DNA of 64,000 nt from the NCBI GenBank assembly GCA_023231475.1, contig JALJEE010002469.1:1-64000 (forward strand), given 5' to 3'. This document shows, one piece after another, positions 51,801 through 64,000 of this stretch; the first letter of the stretch is position 1; the number at the start of each line of letters is the position of its first letter. The DNA comes from Seison nebaliae (Eukaryota). Position numbers and translations under genes: made by a program. The notes under the pieces are model-generated. The model ran no database searches. It saw only the letters and a program-made list of their open reading frames with translations, and was not told where the DNA came from.

Positions 51801-54800
51801 GACTAATTTTCTGATTCATTTCGTATGTCTCCTTTCAATTCTCTTCCTTTTTCATGAAGACACAAATTGGAAGATATTGTTGACGGAAGTGCATGAAATA
51901 AAACTGTCCAACTATACATGGAACATGAAGAATAGATCGATGAAAGTAGTGTAATTCATCTTCTTCCTACTTCTAATTTGGAGTAAGTGACATACAAAGG
52001 ATCTTCCATTAATATAAGAAACGTGTGCATATCCATGAAAGTTGAGCACGATTCCCACTTTGTTATTGAGATATTTTTGATTTAATATTGATTGTTCCAA
52101 AAATTCATTCGTATCTGGTAAACATTAAATAGTTTTCCTATTATGAAAAGAAGAATTCTCCGTCGATTTTATGTCGTTTGGAGTGACAGTAAATTTGCCC
52201 GTGTTTGAATTAGCTCGTGCGAATTGAAAATGTTATCCAAACACATTCTTCTCAGATATTGACTTAACAATATTGGCCTATTCTTCTAAGAGATTTGTTC
52301 AAAGCACTACTCCAATTCTATCAAGTTGCATATCACTCGATGGAATGAGTCATCGGAAATATTCTTTTCTTATTTCCACGAAAATCATTTTTTCTTCCAC
52401 TTTTAACGACTGATGGCATTCGTGAAAAGTTTTATTTTTTCCTCTTATCCAAAATATTTTTTGAAGAAGAGAAAGAAGAACGGTATGGTAAATGACCACC
52501 GTTTCTTATTTATGGATGACGATAGTTCTTCTAGAACGCGCCTTAACTTCCTTATACACTTTTGACATTCGAATTTGATCATTCAAAACCATCAGCTCAA
52601 TTCAGTCAATTGTGAAGTGAGTATTTGTTGAAGAAAATGGGAAAATGAGATCGTTTGAAAATGGAGAAAAGATTATTTAATTTTGAGAGTTATACGAATC
52701 AGAAGTTGAATAAAACGGTATGGGAAATGAAGTTAAATTGCTCAATATTCTGCTGCAGTTTGATTGATGATGATTAAAACAAAGTTGACGTCACGAAGAG
52801 GAGTCGAGTCTGAATGAAATGAATTGTCACATAAATTATCTAACGTATTAGTGGAATGATGGGAAATTGGTTGAGAAAAGTATGATGAGAAATAAGACAT
52901 GACAGCAAAGCAGAAAATGGAGTGGAAAAGTTTCATAAAAATAATGATCTTATTGCGTAATTAATTGTAAATTGGATATAAATCGGAGAAGAAAGTGGAG
53001 GGAGGGTGGGGGGATGGGTAGATGGAGGAAATGATTGGAACAGGATTGTGCAGCTGTTATGACCGTCATGTTTCGAAGTAATAGTTAAAAGGACCAGATG
53101 ACAACAATCATCAATTTTAATATTCATGTCGTCAATGGGTGGTTGAACAAGTTCTTCAACATATAAATCATTTAGAAGTTCATCCTCTTTAATAAACGTA
53201 ATTCCGAATGGAAGAGCAGCATGTCAATGCCAATAAAAACAAATCAGAAATGACAGACGAATAAGATGATGTAAGAAATGGAAGGAATTGTGAAGGAAGT
53301 GGAAGAGGAAGACATCGAACAACACGAAGGCATGGGGAGATGAAGAAATATTTTCGAGTAGAAATAGAAATTGGAAAGGAGCAGAAGCAAGGAGGAAAAG
53401 AAAGAAGAAAACGATTAACATATCTTCCCATTTAAATATTTTCATTTGGTATAATAGTGTCAAGTGATTTCTTCTTCTTGTTTTACTTTTTAATAGAATG
53501 TAAATAATATGTAGATGGAAAGAAAGAAGAAATAATTGACTATGGAGAACAATAGTTATAATCGGATAAAGCAAATTCTCGACGACTACATATTTTCAAT
53601 AATCACAATCTTTCTATTTTCGCTTTCGATCATCATCCAAATCCATGTTCCGCCGAGATACTCACTTCTCTTGCCTCCTCCTTATTTCGATAATTAACTC
53701 ACTCGCAGATTCACTCCGACCCTCACATACACCCTGATCCAAACATAACACATCTGGAAAGATGTCCGTCCTTCATCAGTTATCCCACTCCAAATGTTCA
53801 CCGGAGAAGACCGGAAAATTACATAACATGCTAAATCGAATAATTCACTTGTCAACTTGTCATTCAGTACGAACGAATAACCAACATAATTATTTCTTTT
53901 ATATCATAATTCTCTTCTCAACATTTCCCATTACCTTGTCCCCGATATAGTACGACAATGAATAAATTGGTGAAAGCGGAAGATTATCGTTATCTCTCAG
54001 ACTGTTTAGTCCCTGAGCGGTTGCTGTTCATGTTCCTAATAATATTGGGAGTTTCATCTACATTCTCGTATCGAGACGAACGACGTCGAAATATTCAATT
54101 TTTTGATTGAATTATCTTCTCCCCTCCCTTCGAATGGTCTTTGACGCTCTCATTCTCCACGCTTCTCCGTCTTTCGCCCATTATCTGTTCTTCCATACTA
54201 GAGCCATAATTAGTTGTTAGGGGAATTTACCGAATTGGGGAGGAATATTAAGAATCTTATGATACATAAATATGTCAATCGACGTCATAGACAATCGTTA
54301 AATAAATGCATTAAATCACACAATATTCTGCTAATTGTACGTGGCCTCCAAGTGAAGTTGTTAAATTATTGCAAACTCATATTCACTCTGATAGTTAGGA
54401 GGAAAGAATAAGTGGAGAAATAATCAGTTCATAAATCCTTTTAACGATCGACCCAAATTGGACATAACTGATAATAGGCTGGATGGAATTGAAGAGGAGA
54501 ATCGTCGAATATCAATCAATTTAATAACTGAATCGATCATTGATGTACGTACATCCAAAATCTACAGATCAAGTAGATTGATAATTATAGTAAAGTAGTA
54601 CGATGAATAAAAAATCGGGAGATTATTCTTCCTATTGAGAATTTGGAGAATTTTCGCCTACAAATTACTTCTAGGTCCATAGGTCATGTCCACTTGTCTA
54701 GTAACATGTCACTTAATGGATGACGAGGCATCATCAGTCGAAGAAGAAACCATCAATAAAGATGGCTATCGCATAAACTAAATATTTAATCGATTCCCTC

Positions 54801-57800
54801 ATAATTTATTCCATATCATCAAAATACGAGGAGGCAGGACAACCTTAATATGATGATTCGATATCGAAACTTTCATAATTATACAGCGGTCAGTTGCTTG
54901 CTTCGTATCGAGTGTTAAATCTTTCTATTCATGTGTATGTATTCCTCCGATATTCGTTTATCATTTTAAAGTTCATCTCATAATATTTCCGTATTCATTT
55001 GACCGAATTGAGATGATATCCAGTCCATTCTTCATCTTGAGATGAAAGTAATAAATGAATGAGAAATCTAGAGAGCGAAGCTGTATGGAAGGCAACTAAT
55101 GTATTTGGGAACACTTGAAGAAAAAGAAACTAGAGAATTTGATGGATGTCAAGGTTCTGACGATCAGCGCGCATAAATAAACATTCCTCCATTCTTTTAC
55201 CGCTTAAACTTTCCCAAATATTAGTATATTCTATAATAACACTTCTCCAATAAACGATCAACGGGAACTGAGATGATGAACAATGACTCACTAATGACAG
55301 TTAGGAAGGAAACGGAGAGAAATTTCTCATCCATTCCATCCTCCTTTATTTGATGTAAATAGATGTAATTAAAGATAAATGGAAAAAATCGACGGTGAGC
55401 TGACGTAGTCGTATGCCACTGTGCATCGGACTCGTCCCGAAAGTCCCGACCTACTTTTCCATTTCCCCATCAACAGTCGTAAAGTTAGGACATTTTTCTA
55501 ATCTTGTTCCACCAAATTTTTAAAGTTTTATCAATCCTTCAAAAATTATTTTTGATTGTACTCCACTCTGAATTCCTAATTCGGATACTTTTAAAAAAGA
55601 TATTTATAATTCAACTATATTTATGTGTTGTACTAAGCAGACTCCCTAAGGTATTCTTGTTGAATAATTGACTTAATCGTTTATAATTGAGAACAGTCTA
55701 AAATAATCACCCGAAAATCCTACTTAAAGATTAGAAAGTTGAAAAAAGAAGGTGAAATATGAAAAGTTCGAAAATTTATTTTTCGAATTATCTTTTTTCA
55801 AAATCAAACTTAGGGAAATGTCCCTCAACCATTCTTTCGACGGAATTGATAAATGAATAATTCCAAGAATTTCTTATGCTTACTTTCCTAAAAGTTCTTT
55901 TAGTTTCTTTTATATCGAAATATTCATCAACATAAGTTACATTACACCAATTATCTGATTCTGAAACAGACTTTATCCGTCAAATTAACAGTGATAATAA
56001 ACATTTAATTCATCACACTACTCTTGATTGAATACATAGCATAATCAACGTTATTACGTCTCGGGTTATCTTCCAATCAAGTCGGAATCTTTTTCGTTAA
56101 ACTGAAAGTTAAGATTACTCAATAAAAACCAAATTAACAATTCTAATCTAAACATTACGTTAGTTTGAAATTAAAAAAAATTAAATTAAGAAATAGAAAA
56201 AATTGAATTAATATAAATAGATAGTAATATATTCAATTCAAGAGAAATTTCCTGCAAATTTTTCATTCAACAAAGAACACTTCTGTTTAATTCAACTTCT
56301 TCAATCGATTTCAAAAATCTACGGAATACTTCCGAAATGTCTCTTAAATATTGTTGATACTTAATACATAAATTGAATTGCATGAAATTATTCAAGTGAA
56401 AAATTTGGTTTTCGATTTTTCCATAATATCATCCCATAAAACTATATGGGAAGAATTGAACCTTATAATGGTTGGATTGACGGATCATGGTCACAGTCCT
56501 AATTCATACCAGAAATTGTGTTGTGAAATCGAATTATGTAAATTATACTTTAAAAAGATCATCAGAATCATTTAGATTTGTTAAACATATATGTTCATTA
56601 TTATATTTGTTTTGCATTAATCTAAAAAAAAGTCAAAATTATTATTAGTCAAAAAAATTTACGTAATAAAATAGATTTCTGATAGGAAAACATGGAAATA
56701 TCAAGGTCGAGATAAAGTAGTTTGGGTAAATTTTGTAGAATTTAGAAATTTGACTTATCGAACGGAAGAAAGTCGGTCATTAATAGAAATTATAGGTATT
56801 TTATATATTTTTTTGATTATTCAAAGTTGATGTGATGAATAATGATAGATGAACTATCCAATTCTTTTGGAAGTGCAATTGGAAAATTGTTGAAATATAC
56901 ATCGTCGTCCTTAAAGATGAATGGTTCGAAGTAAACTATTCGATTCGATTAATCGATTTTACCAAACTTAAATTTCCCATTCAAAATGGTTTCCTGAGAG
57001 AATTTGGAAGAAAGGAATTTCATATATCCGATATGTAGCTTAATAGTTTATTTTATTACTTTCTATAAATATTCGTGTGTGATGGGCGAAAAGTCCGTAC
57101 GGACGAAGGAGACCACAGATGCAATGAGAATATCAATATGAGATTAATGAGACAAGAAGATTAATTGCCAGATAAATAACAGGGGTAACACCTGAGGAAT
57201 GTTGACAATATAAAGAGTAATGAAATGTTCTTTGGTCAAAGGTCATCAACGAGAAGAATCAAATTATTCCAACTCGATTATTCTGTGAGATTCTAATGAT
57301 TTATGGAATGAAAAAGGATGAAATGGGGACGAAAACAAAGAGAAAGAAGGAAATTGTGGAGATAATTTACTGAAACGAATGGAAGTCTAGTAAAATTGTT
57401 TGGGAAAGAATGGTGGAAGGAAACGAAGGAAATTTATAATGACATTTCAAAAGGAAAGGAAACTAATTTAACATTCAGTTTAAAAGTAAGAATTGGAAAC
57501 ATTCGTTATTATCTTGAACGAGAGAAACATAGTTCGAGAGAACTCGTACTTGAAATACATAGTAATGGAAGTTTCTCTTATGGAAGATGATGAATAGCGA
57601 AATAAATAGCTACTAATTAGAAGTCCGAGTTTTGGAGAACAATGAAGATTATGTTATTGATTACGTCCAAACGGGAGAAAGTTTTCTCCATCATCAACCG
57701 AAATTCTATTCAACTATTGTTCCTTTTACTTATCATGAAAGGATTAGAGGACATTGGGAAAACAATACGATATTATGACATGTTTATAGAACTGGTTCTA

Positions 57801-60498
57801 ATCATAATGAGCAACTTCGATGTCGTCGTCAACTCTAAAACGAAAATTTCACTTCTATTATGTTTCCAGCGAGAAATGTTTCTACTTCTCACTGAAATCA
57901 TATTCATGAAATATTTCAATCAGAATATGAAAAACATAAAATTCTTCAACATTGAATGACATGAACTTGTTGCTATGCATACTGCTCACAATGTGCGCAA
58001 CGATTAATGATAAAATGATGATTTCATTTCGAGTCACTTTTTATGGATGCTCAAATTATAAAGGATCAAAGTAATTTTGATCTGTATTCACCATTTATTA
58101 TTTGAGATTTTTTCGTAAACATTGAATATTCTGTAAATGAAATGAGAATTTTGGTAGAATAAAAGAAAATCGACTTGAGAAAGTTAGTAAGAATTTGGAG
58201 AAGACGAAATGAAAGAAATACACTTATTGGAATTACCTTAATTTCTCTTATGGATGGATGAGTGCTTTGTCAAATCGTATTATGAAAGGAGTATCGAATG
58301 ACAGGAATCTGAAAAAGAAAATTGTCGTTATATAACTCGAAATTCATCTGTCCTTCCGTCTATCTAACCATTCATTCATTCATTTATCCTTCTATCCACT
58401 GCAAGTCTATATTAAGGATTTAGTGGAATAGGGACCGTCACCACTCCTTCTCGATAGAGAGCGATCAAATGGATTTGTGATTTTAGTGATTTATTAATTT
58501 GTCAACTAATCAACCAGAAGTTTTCAGTTATTTTATCTTCTTCCGAAAACAATTCATGTCCTATTGCATTGTGCACACTATTGAAGAAGAAAAATATTGA
58601 AACTTATCAACAACAACAACAGCAACAAAATTTTAAAATAATATTTGCTATGTAACTTTTTTTTCTCGTACTTTCTTAAAAATGGTTGTTCATTTTCGTC
58701 TTATTATGTTATAAACGGTGGGATAGTTGTAAATAAATTGTCTATTTAGAATGAACATCAGCAATTGATGAACGAAGTGATTGATAATTTTTCATAAGAT
58801 CATTGAATTATCTTTCAAGATCAAATTAGGATGATGACGAATGGGATGATCCAATAGAGCGATTTCCAATTATTGGAAATGATTCAAAGTTGATAAACAT
58901 TATTCATTGAATTGAGGAAATGTTGAATAATATGAAAACGAAGTGACAGAATATGAAGAAGGAGGAGGAGGAGGAGGAGGCAGCGAATTAGTGGGGGGAG
59001 ATTGTGTCATTTAACAAACGGAACTAGATGTCGGAATTGTTAGGATATAATTCATTATAAATTTAATCTTATGTTACTTCCACTTTCATTATTATTCATT
59101 AGTTAAATGTAATAGTATGTTTGTTGAATGTCTGGAAATGGGGAAGTATTAGAAATGAATATATATTGTCCGACAATTGAGTCAAATAACGACAATAATC
59201 ATTATAGTTACGAAGTTGATATACATTTCGAACGTTTCTTCTGTCGAAAAAAAATGGAACTTCACAGAATAACAGCTGATATGATGACATCGACCATTGT
59301 CACAATGATATCATCTTACTTATTAACTTATTTCTCTTATTACGACACGCCAATCCGTGAATGAATTGAACGTTGGAGATGTTCCCAAGATAATCTTATT
59401 CGCCGTATGTTGGAAGAGGATTATGTCGAAGGAAAGGAAAGGAAATTAAATAAATAAAAGAATTTCTTATCTTTTTTATAGTTTCTCCTTTCATTTTTCG
59501 TTTATGATGTGCAGGAAAAGAATGGGAAGCATTATGGATGAGGCAGGAGAATGATAATGAACGTCTGACGAATAAACTTTGAATGAAATCACAAACTACA
59601 TCAACAACATACGAATTAGGTGAAAGAGAGAACGAACTCGAATGCAAAGATGACTTTGAGAAGAAGAATAGAAATAACAACAACAACAACAACAATAAGA
59701 GTGATAACGGGAATTACGTAAAAAGAATTATGTAAGGAAAAATGATAATAATATCATCGTTGCTGACAATGCCAACGAAGAATAAATAAAGGAAGTAATA
59801 AATGAGAAAATTGCTAAAAAATGGATAAATTAATAAAAAAGAAGGATGAAATTGGATTTACATTGTCATTGTAAATAAGGGAATCCTAATACAAATGATT
59901 AGATAATCGACTGAGAAATACATAAGAAACATATTTCAAAATTCCATTATCCTTCAAATCATTGTCTAATCAAAGTCAACTGGAGGAGGAGGATGAGGGA
60001 AGAGCGGTTTAATAAGTTCTATTCTTTTATTTAGATTTGTTTTTCTTCTACTTAAATTTATCTTCACAAAATACTGGATGATGGAGAAACATGTCTGTGC
60101 ATTTATATATGCATTCAATTCACAATTTTACAAGCCGCAACACATTTACGTGTTCCTGGAAAATATGAGGGATTTCTTTACCGCTGTTCCGTCCCGGACG
60201 TAGTTGGGACGTAGACATTTCTCATTCGCCAACTGGCTAATATTGTCTTTAACTATTTGGTAGAAGGTCGATGGTGATCGAATATAAAGTCGAATGGAAT
60301 AACAGAAGGAATATCATTAATAATACGACAAACGGACGATACGAGGGTAGGTGATGGAGTATTAAGAATATGAAAATTCCAGTTCCCATCGGCTCTCTCA
60401 TTTCATCTGTTTTCTTATCATTTAATTAATTATGATAATTTGTTATGATATTATACAAGAGAAATTCCAAAAAAGTATATCAACGATATCGTTCTTTC

Positions 60499-60525
60499 GT
60501 TGTTGTTGTTGTTGTTGTTGTTGTT
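60499..60525. repeat. (GTT)9 microsatellite
   Basis: Directly visible in the sequence. Confidence 0.9.
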
Positions 60526-61399
60526 GGCGAGGCGTGAGAAGTGGCATAGAATAAAAGAATAAATGAATTGGCATTTGATTCGTTCACCGATTATCTGTGC
60601 AATGGGAACATTCGACGTACGTTTTAAGAGGAACATATGTCGATCAGATGAGATAAGAACAGCCATTACATAAAGGAGAATATTGACTTGGTCATATAGC
60701 AAATATTTCTGTATCTTTACGTTAATCTCCGGAAAATACATGTGCACTTAAAACGGTTAACGGATAATTTGATGAAAGCAATCATTATTTGTATACGTGG
60801 AACAATCGTATAAATACTAATCATTTTTCTTCTTTTCTTCTAGATATTTAATTTGGAAACATATAAATATTATCATAACTCTCCATCTACAATCAAATAA
60901 TTTCATTCTTCGTCTCCTTTCTACAACTACGTCAATCTATCGTCTAAATTGAGTTTAAAGGTAAATATATGTGATCCTGGTATCCCGTCTGCATTCTTGT
61001 CTGCGTATGTACGTTAGCTTATTTTTCGGAGTTATGTAATAGTTTATTAAATGGATTCGTTGAGATTGTGTAATTAGTGGGGAGAAAAGGGGTTGGATGG
61101 CTGGGTGAATACGAAGCAAATTTTACGTGAGTTCTAAATTTAATAAGAAGAAATCGGGTATTTTATGCAAACCGTTCTTCTTCTTATTCTTCTTCTTTTC
61201 TCTCGAGTTTTAGCGGCTTTTCTTCTTCTTCTTATTCGTCCTTCTCACTTCGTCAAGTCTATTCATTCAGTTTCTTTTTTTTTTCTTTAATGTTTAATAT
61301 TCGCAATATTCGTATGAAAATTATTAAGACATTCACCCGAATTTCCATTTTGTTGAGAGGAAAACGTAAAGAACTAGATCGACAAGACGACTATACGCT

Positions 61400-61436
61400 T
61401 GTGTGAGTGTGTGTGTGTATGTGTGTGTGTGTGTGT
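61400..61436. repeat. Imperfect (TG)n microsatellite, with similar tracts near 49240-49280 and 62754-62776
   Basis: Directly visible in the sequence. Confidence 0.85.
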
Positions 61437-62993
61437 AAGACTTCATGGAAGGAATACCGATGTATCATGCACATCGTACAAGTTGAAGATGTGGAAGAAT
61501 AAGGAGATCTTCCAACCATATAACTCATTATCTCCATTATCATCAACATTAACAGTAGCAAATAGGAGAAACAACAAGAACAAGAAGAACAACAGCAACA
61601 ACAGTCGAATAATAACAAACTTCTATTGTAGTGGATTTGTGAGACTTTTATGCTTATCATATTTCATCGACTGATAATTTCCCAAAAGAACAAGGTAATA
61701 CGATGGAGTATAGTAAATGGAAATGGAGTTGTTGTTTCAGATGGAATGATGGCTCTGTAGTATGAATGACTCGATGGAAGTACAATTCGATTGGAATTAT
61801 CGTGACAAATTAAATGAATTTGTTATTAGTTCTTAATTTCACCTAAAATTCATTAATTACGAATCATCCTAGAAATACCTCCGCCTTCTCCCGCTATTCA
61901 TTGTGTAGGTGAGGGGATGTGTATTTTGAATGTGAGAGCGACTTGAGACAGAGATCGATGCACCAGCTCCAAAGTAAATGATGAGACTTCCTATACGACA
62001 ATCGAATGCTCTCTCCGATCTTTCTTCTTCGTTAGAGGCAAATTATATGGAGACAGGTGTACTACTGAAAATATTTTTGGTGGCATTTTAACTAATAAAT
62101 TATAATTGGGAGAAATTAATGAAAATTAAAGAGGAGAAAGTAGTTGGAAAGATAAGAAGAAGAGACAGGTGGATCATCACAAAGTCAAAGGAAAGTATAT
62201 ACCAAATTGAATTGACGACGTCGACGAAAGAAGAAAAGGGAGGAGAAGATGAGAAGAGTCGAATCGACTTTTAATGAAAGGATATATAAAGGTGAGATGC
62301 AGAGCACAGGCAAATAAGAAAAAAACCGAACAACGAAGATGATGAAGATAAATAATAAGAATAGTTTGTTATATGTAAATGAAGGGAAAACGAAAGAGAT
62401 TATAAAAATAAATGTCGTTTGGAATATGATAAGTTCTCAGTCGGATGTTCCCGCTGAAAATGATATGAGATTTTCACCTCACCAGATTTCCCCACATTCA
62501 ATCTTCGAATACATCTTTAATTCATAGAGCGGAAAACCTTTCAGTTCTTTTCCTCACACATTCTTTCGTCAAGGCCTGTAATCATGAAGAATGAAATCTA
62601 TTTCATTTCGATATTCCCACGCTAGAGACAGTTTGGATAGATAGACAAACGGAGAGAAGACAGGAGAAACGGTTAGATTAAATGGTTAAATTAGACGGTT
62701 AAATAGTTAGGTAAAGATACTATAGGTCGGTGGCTAGAGAGTGGCACGTGTAAGTGTGTGTGTATGTGTGTGTATGAGAGAAATATGCATATTCACATAT
62801 CCAACACCAGAATCTTTAGATGTCCTCCACATTCACAAGTTAAGTCTCTATCGCCGATGCGTCGATGAGTGCGAATGTGCGTGCACTTTGTGAATGAATG
62901 GGAGATATGGATACATATGTCAATTATTTCCATACTAAGTAAATGAAATTCTCATTTTGAAGTTTACTATTTATTTTCATAAGTCTATCGCAT

Positions 62994-63998
62994 TTATAGC
63001 ATATCCTTCGACCGTAAATAATCATGGATTAAATTGGTCAATTTGAAACCGGTGAATCGTTCCAATCTCTCGGGTAAGTTTCTCGCCGATGGTAATGAAC
63101 TTATTCGTTTCTCTTCTTCTGGCTCTTCTTCCGTCATGCGCGAAGGACAACTGTTTCGTCGCGAACTCCACGGCTCTCCTTTCGGTAGACTTTTCTTCGC
63201 CGGTAGACTAGAATCGATACTTGACATCATCTCAAACGAATTGAGCCAGGGCACTTGTCGATATTTCCCTCGACGATTCATTGTCGACGGGAAACTCTTC
63301 TCACTCGTCAATCGAGCCCACTCGCCAACATTCCCATCCGCCATCATTTCTATATCATGTCCATCTTCTGACACATTGACCGGCAACAGATTACCACTCT
63401 CTCCACGTCCATTCCTCAATCTTTTCGACATTCTCCGACGTTTAAAAAGAGTGCTAAAGCCTAAATAGACAACTATAATTACGACGATAAGCAGGACACC
63501 TGGAAATACGATAGTTCCGATTAAAGTCATAAAGATGTTATACTTCCTTCTGGAGCCGGGCGATTTCAAATGACGAATTTTACGATAATTCTTCGTTTTA
63601 ACAATCACACTTTCGTTATGTTTCAAACAATTGGAGTTAATATAAGGATCGTTTCTCGGACATAAACATTCGCCATTTCTCATCTCAATTCCATCGCAAC
63701 CAGTTTCATTCGAGAGGAGAAGTTTCTTCTCAACCGATATCGTCTTTCCAGTAATGCGCAATAATTCCATCACATTCTTTTCCACATGACCAACTGCAGT
63801 CGTACTGAATACATCATTGAAACAAGATTTTATTTTACAAGTAAATATTTTATGAAAAGTTGAATGAACATTGAATCCATCGACGAACATGAACAACATT
63901 CCATTATCAAGTTGAATACGACGAATAACCGGATGTCCCAGATCTTTTTCAAACGACATTCTCATTGATTCTATAATTCGATAAGATCTCTTTTTTTC
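62994..63998 (-). CDS. 3' part of a single-pass membrane protein with a juxtamembrane EGF-like Cys cluster. The 5' end lies outside the window
   Basis: The frame is open to the window edge. It contains CDGIEMRNGECLCPRNDPYINSNC, a TM segment IFMTLIGTIVFPGVLLIVVIIVVYLGF followed by KRRR, and a cytoplasmic tail of about 150 aa. Confidence 0.75.
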   Translation of the reverse strand, partial: EKKRSYRIIESMRMSFEKDLGHPVIRRIQLDNGMLFMFVDGFNVHSTFHKIFTCKIKSCFNDVFSTTAVGHVEKNVMELLRITGKTISVEKKLLLSNETGCDGIEMRNGECLCPRNDPYINSNCLKHNESVIVKTKNYRKIRHLKSPGSRRKYNIFMTLIGTIVFPGVLLIVVIIVVYLGFSTLFKRRRMSKRLRNGRGESGNLLPVNVSEDGHDIEMMADGNVGEWARLTSEKSFPSTMNRRGKYRQVPWLNSFEMMSSIDSSLPAKKSLPKGEPWSSRRNSCPSRMTEEEPEEEKRISSLPSARNLPERLERFTGFKLTNLIHDYLRSKDML

Positions 63999-64000
63999 TT

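Noticed and set aside
57082..57110. GTCCGTACGGAC palindrome followed by GAA, resembling hammerhead stem II
   Set aside because: There is no CUGANGA core upstream and no stems I or III.
61391..61674. Cys-rich ORFs on both strands (also 49041-49890)
   Set aside because: They are translations of (TG)n, (AAC)n and (CAT)n microsatellites.

Overview
AT-rich eukaryotic (animal-type) nuclear DNA from a compact genome. Most introns are short GT-AG introns of 36-74 nt. The species cannot be determined from this window. Positions 1-5000 are transposon and pseudogene debris: a hAT-like end, a rearranged Ty3/Gypsy-type LTR element, a Mutator-like MITE with a 9-bp TSD, and two strongly folding segments. 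Genes reconstructed by hand from split ORFs: an acidic disordered protein with a hidden CaaX exon, a divergent PBX/extradenticle homeobox gene, DIPK2A-like, a secreted coiled-coil orphan, a 49-aa membrane sORF, adenylate cyclase 9-like, TSR2, a Met-rich orphan, MNK kinase, ISWI, a GT7 beta-1,4-glycosyltransferase, a degenerate MSH4/5-like MutS protein and a nicotinic acetylcholine receptor alpha subunit. About 14 kb without recognisable genes follows, then a 5'-truncated EGF-like single-pass membrane protein. Top observations: (1) the PBX homeodomain lacks the three-amino-acid TALE loop and part of the Hox-hexapeptide pocket; (2) 17 of 21 inferred splice donors are GTT and none is GTA; (3) a CaaX terminal exon that the ORF track misses, with a possible recursive splice site. 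No rRNA, tRNA or CRISPR array was seen. All homology calls rest on motifs recognised by eye, not on database searches.
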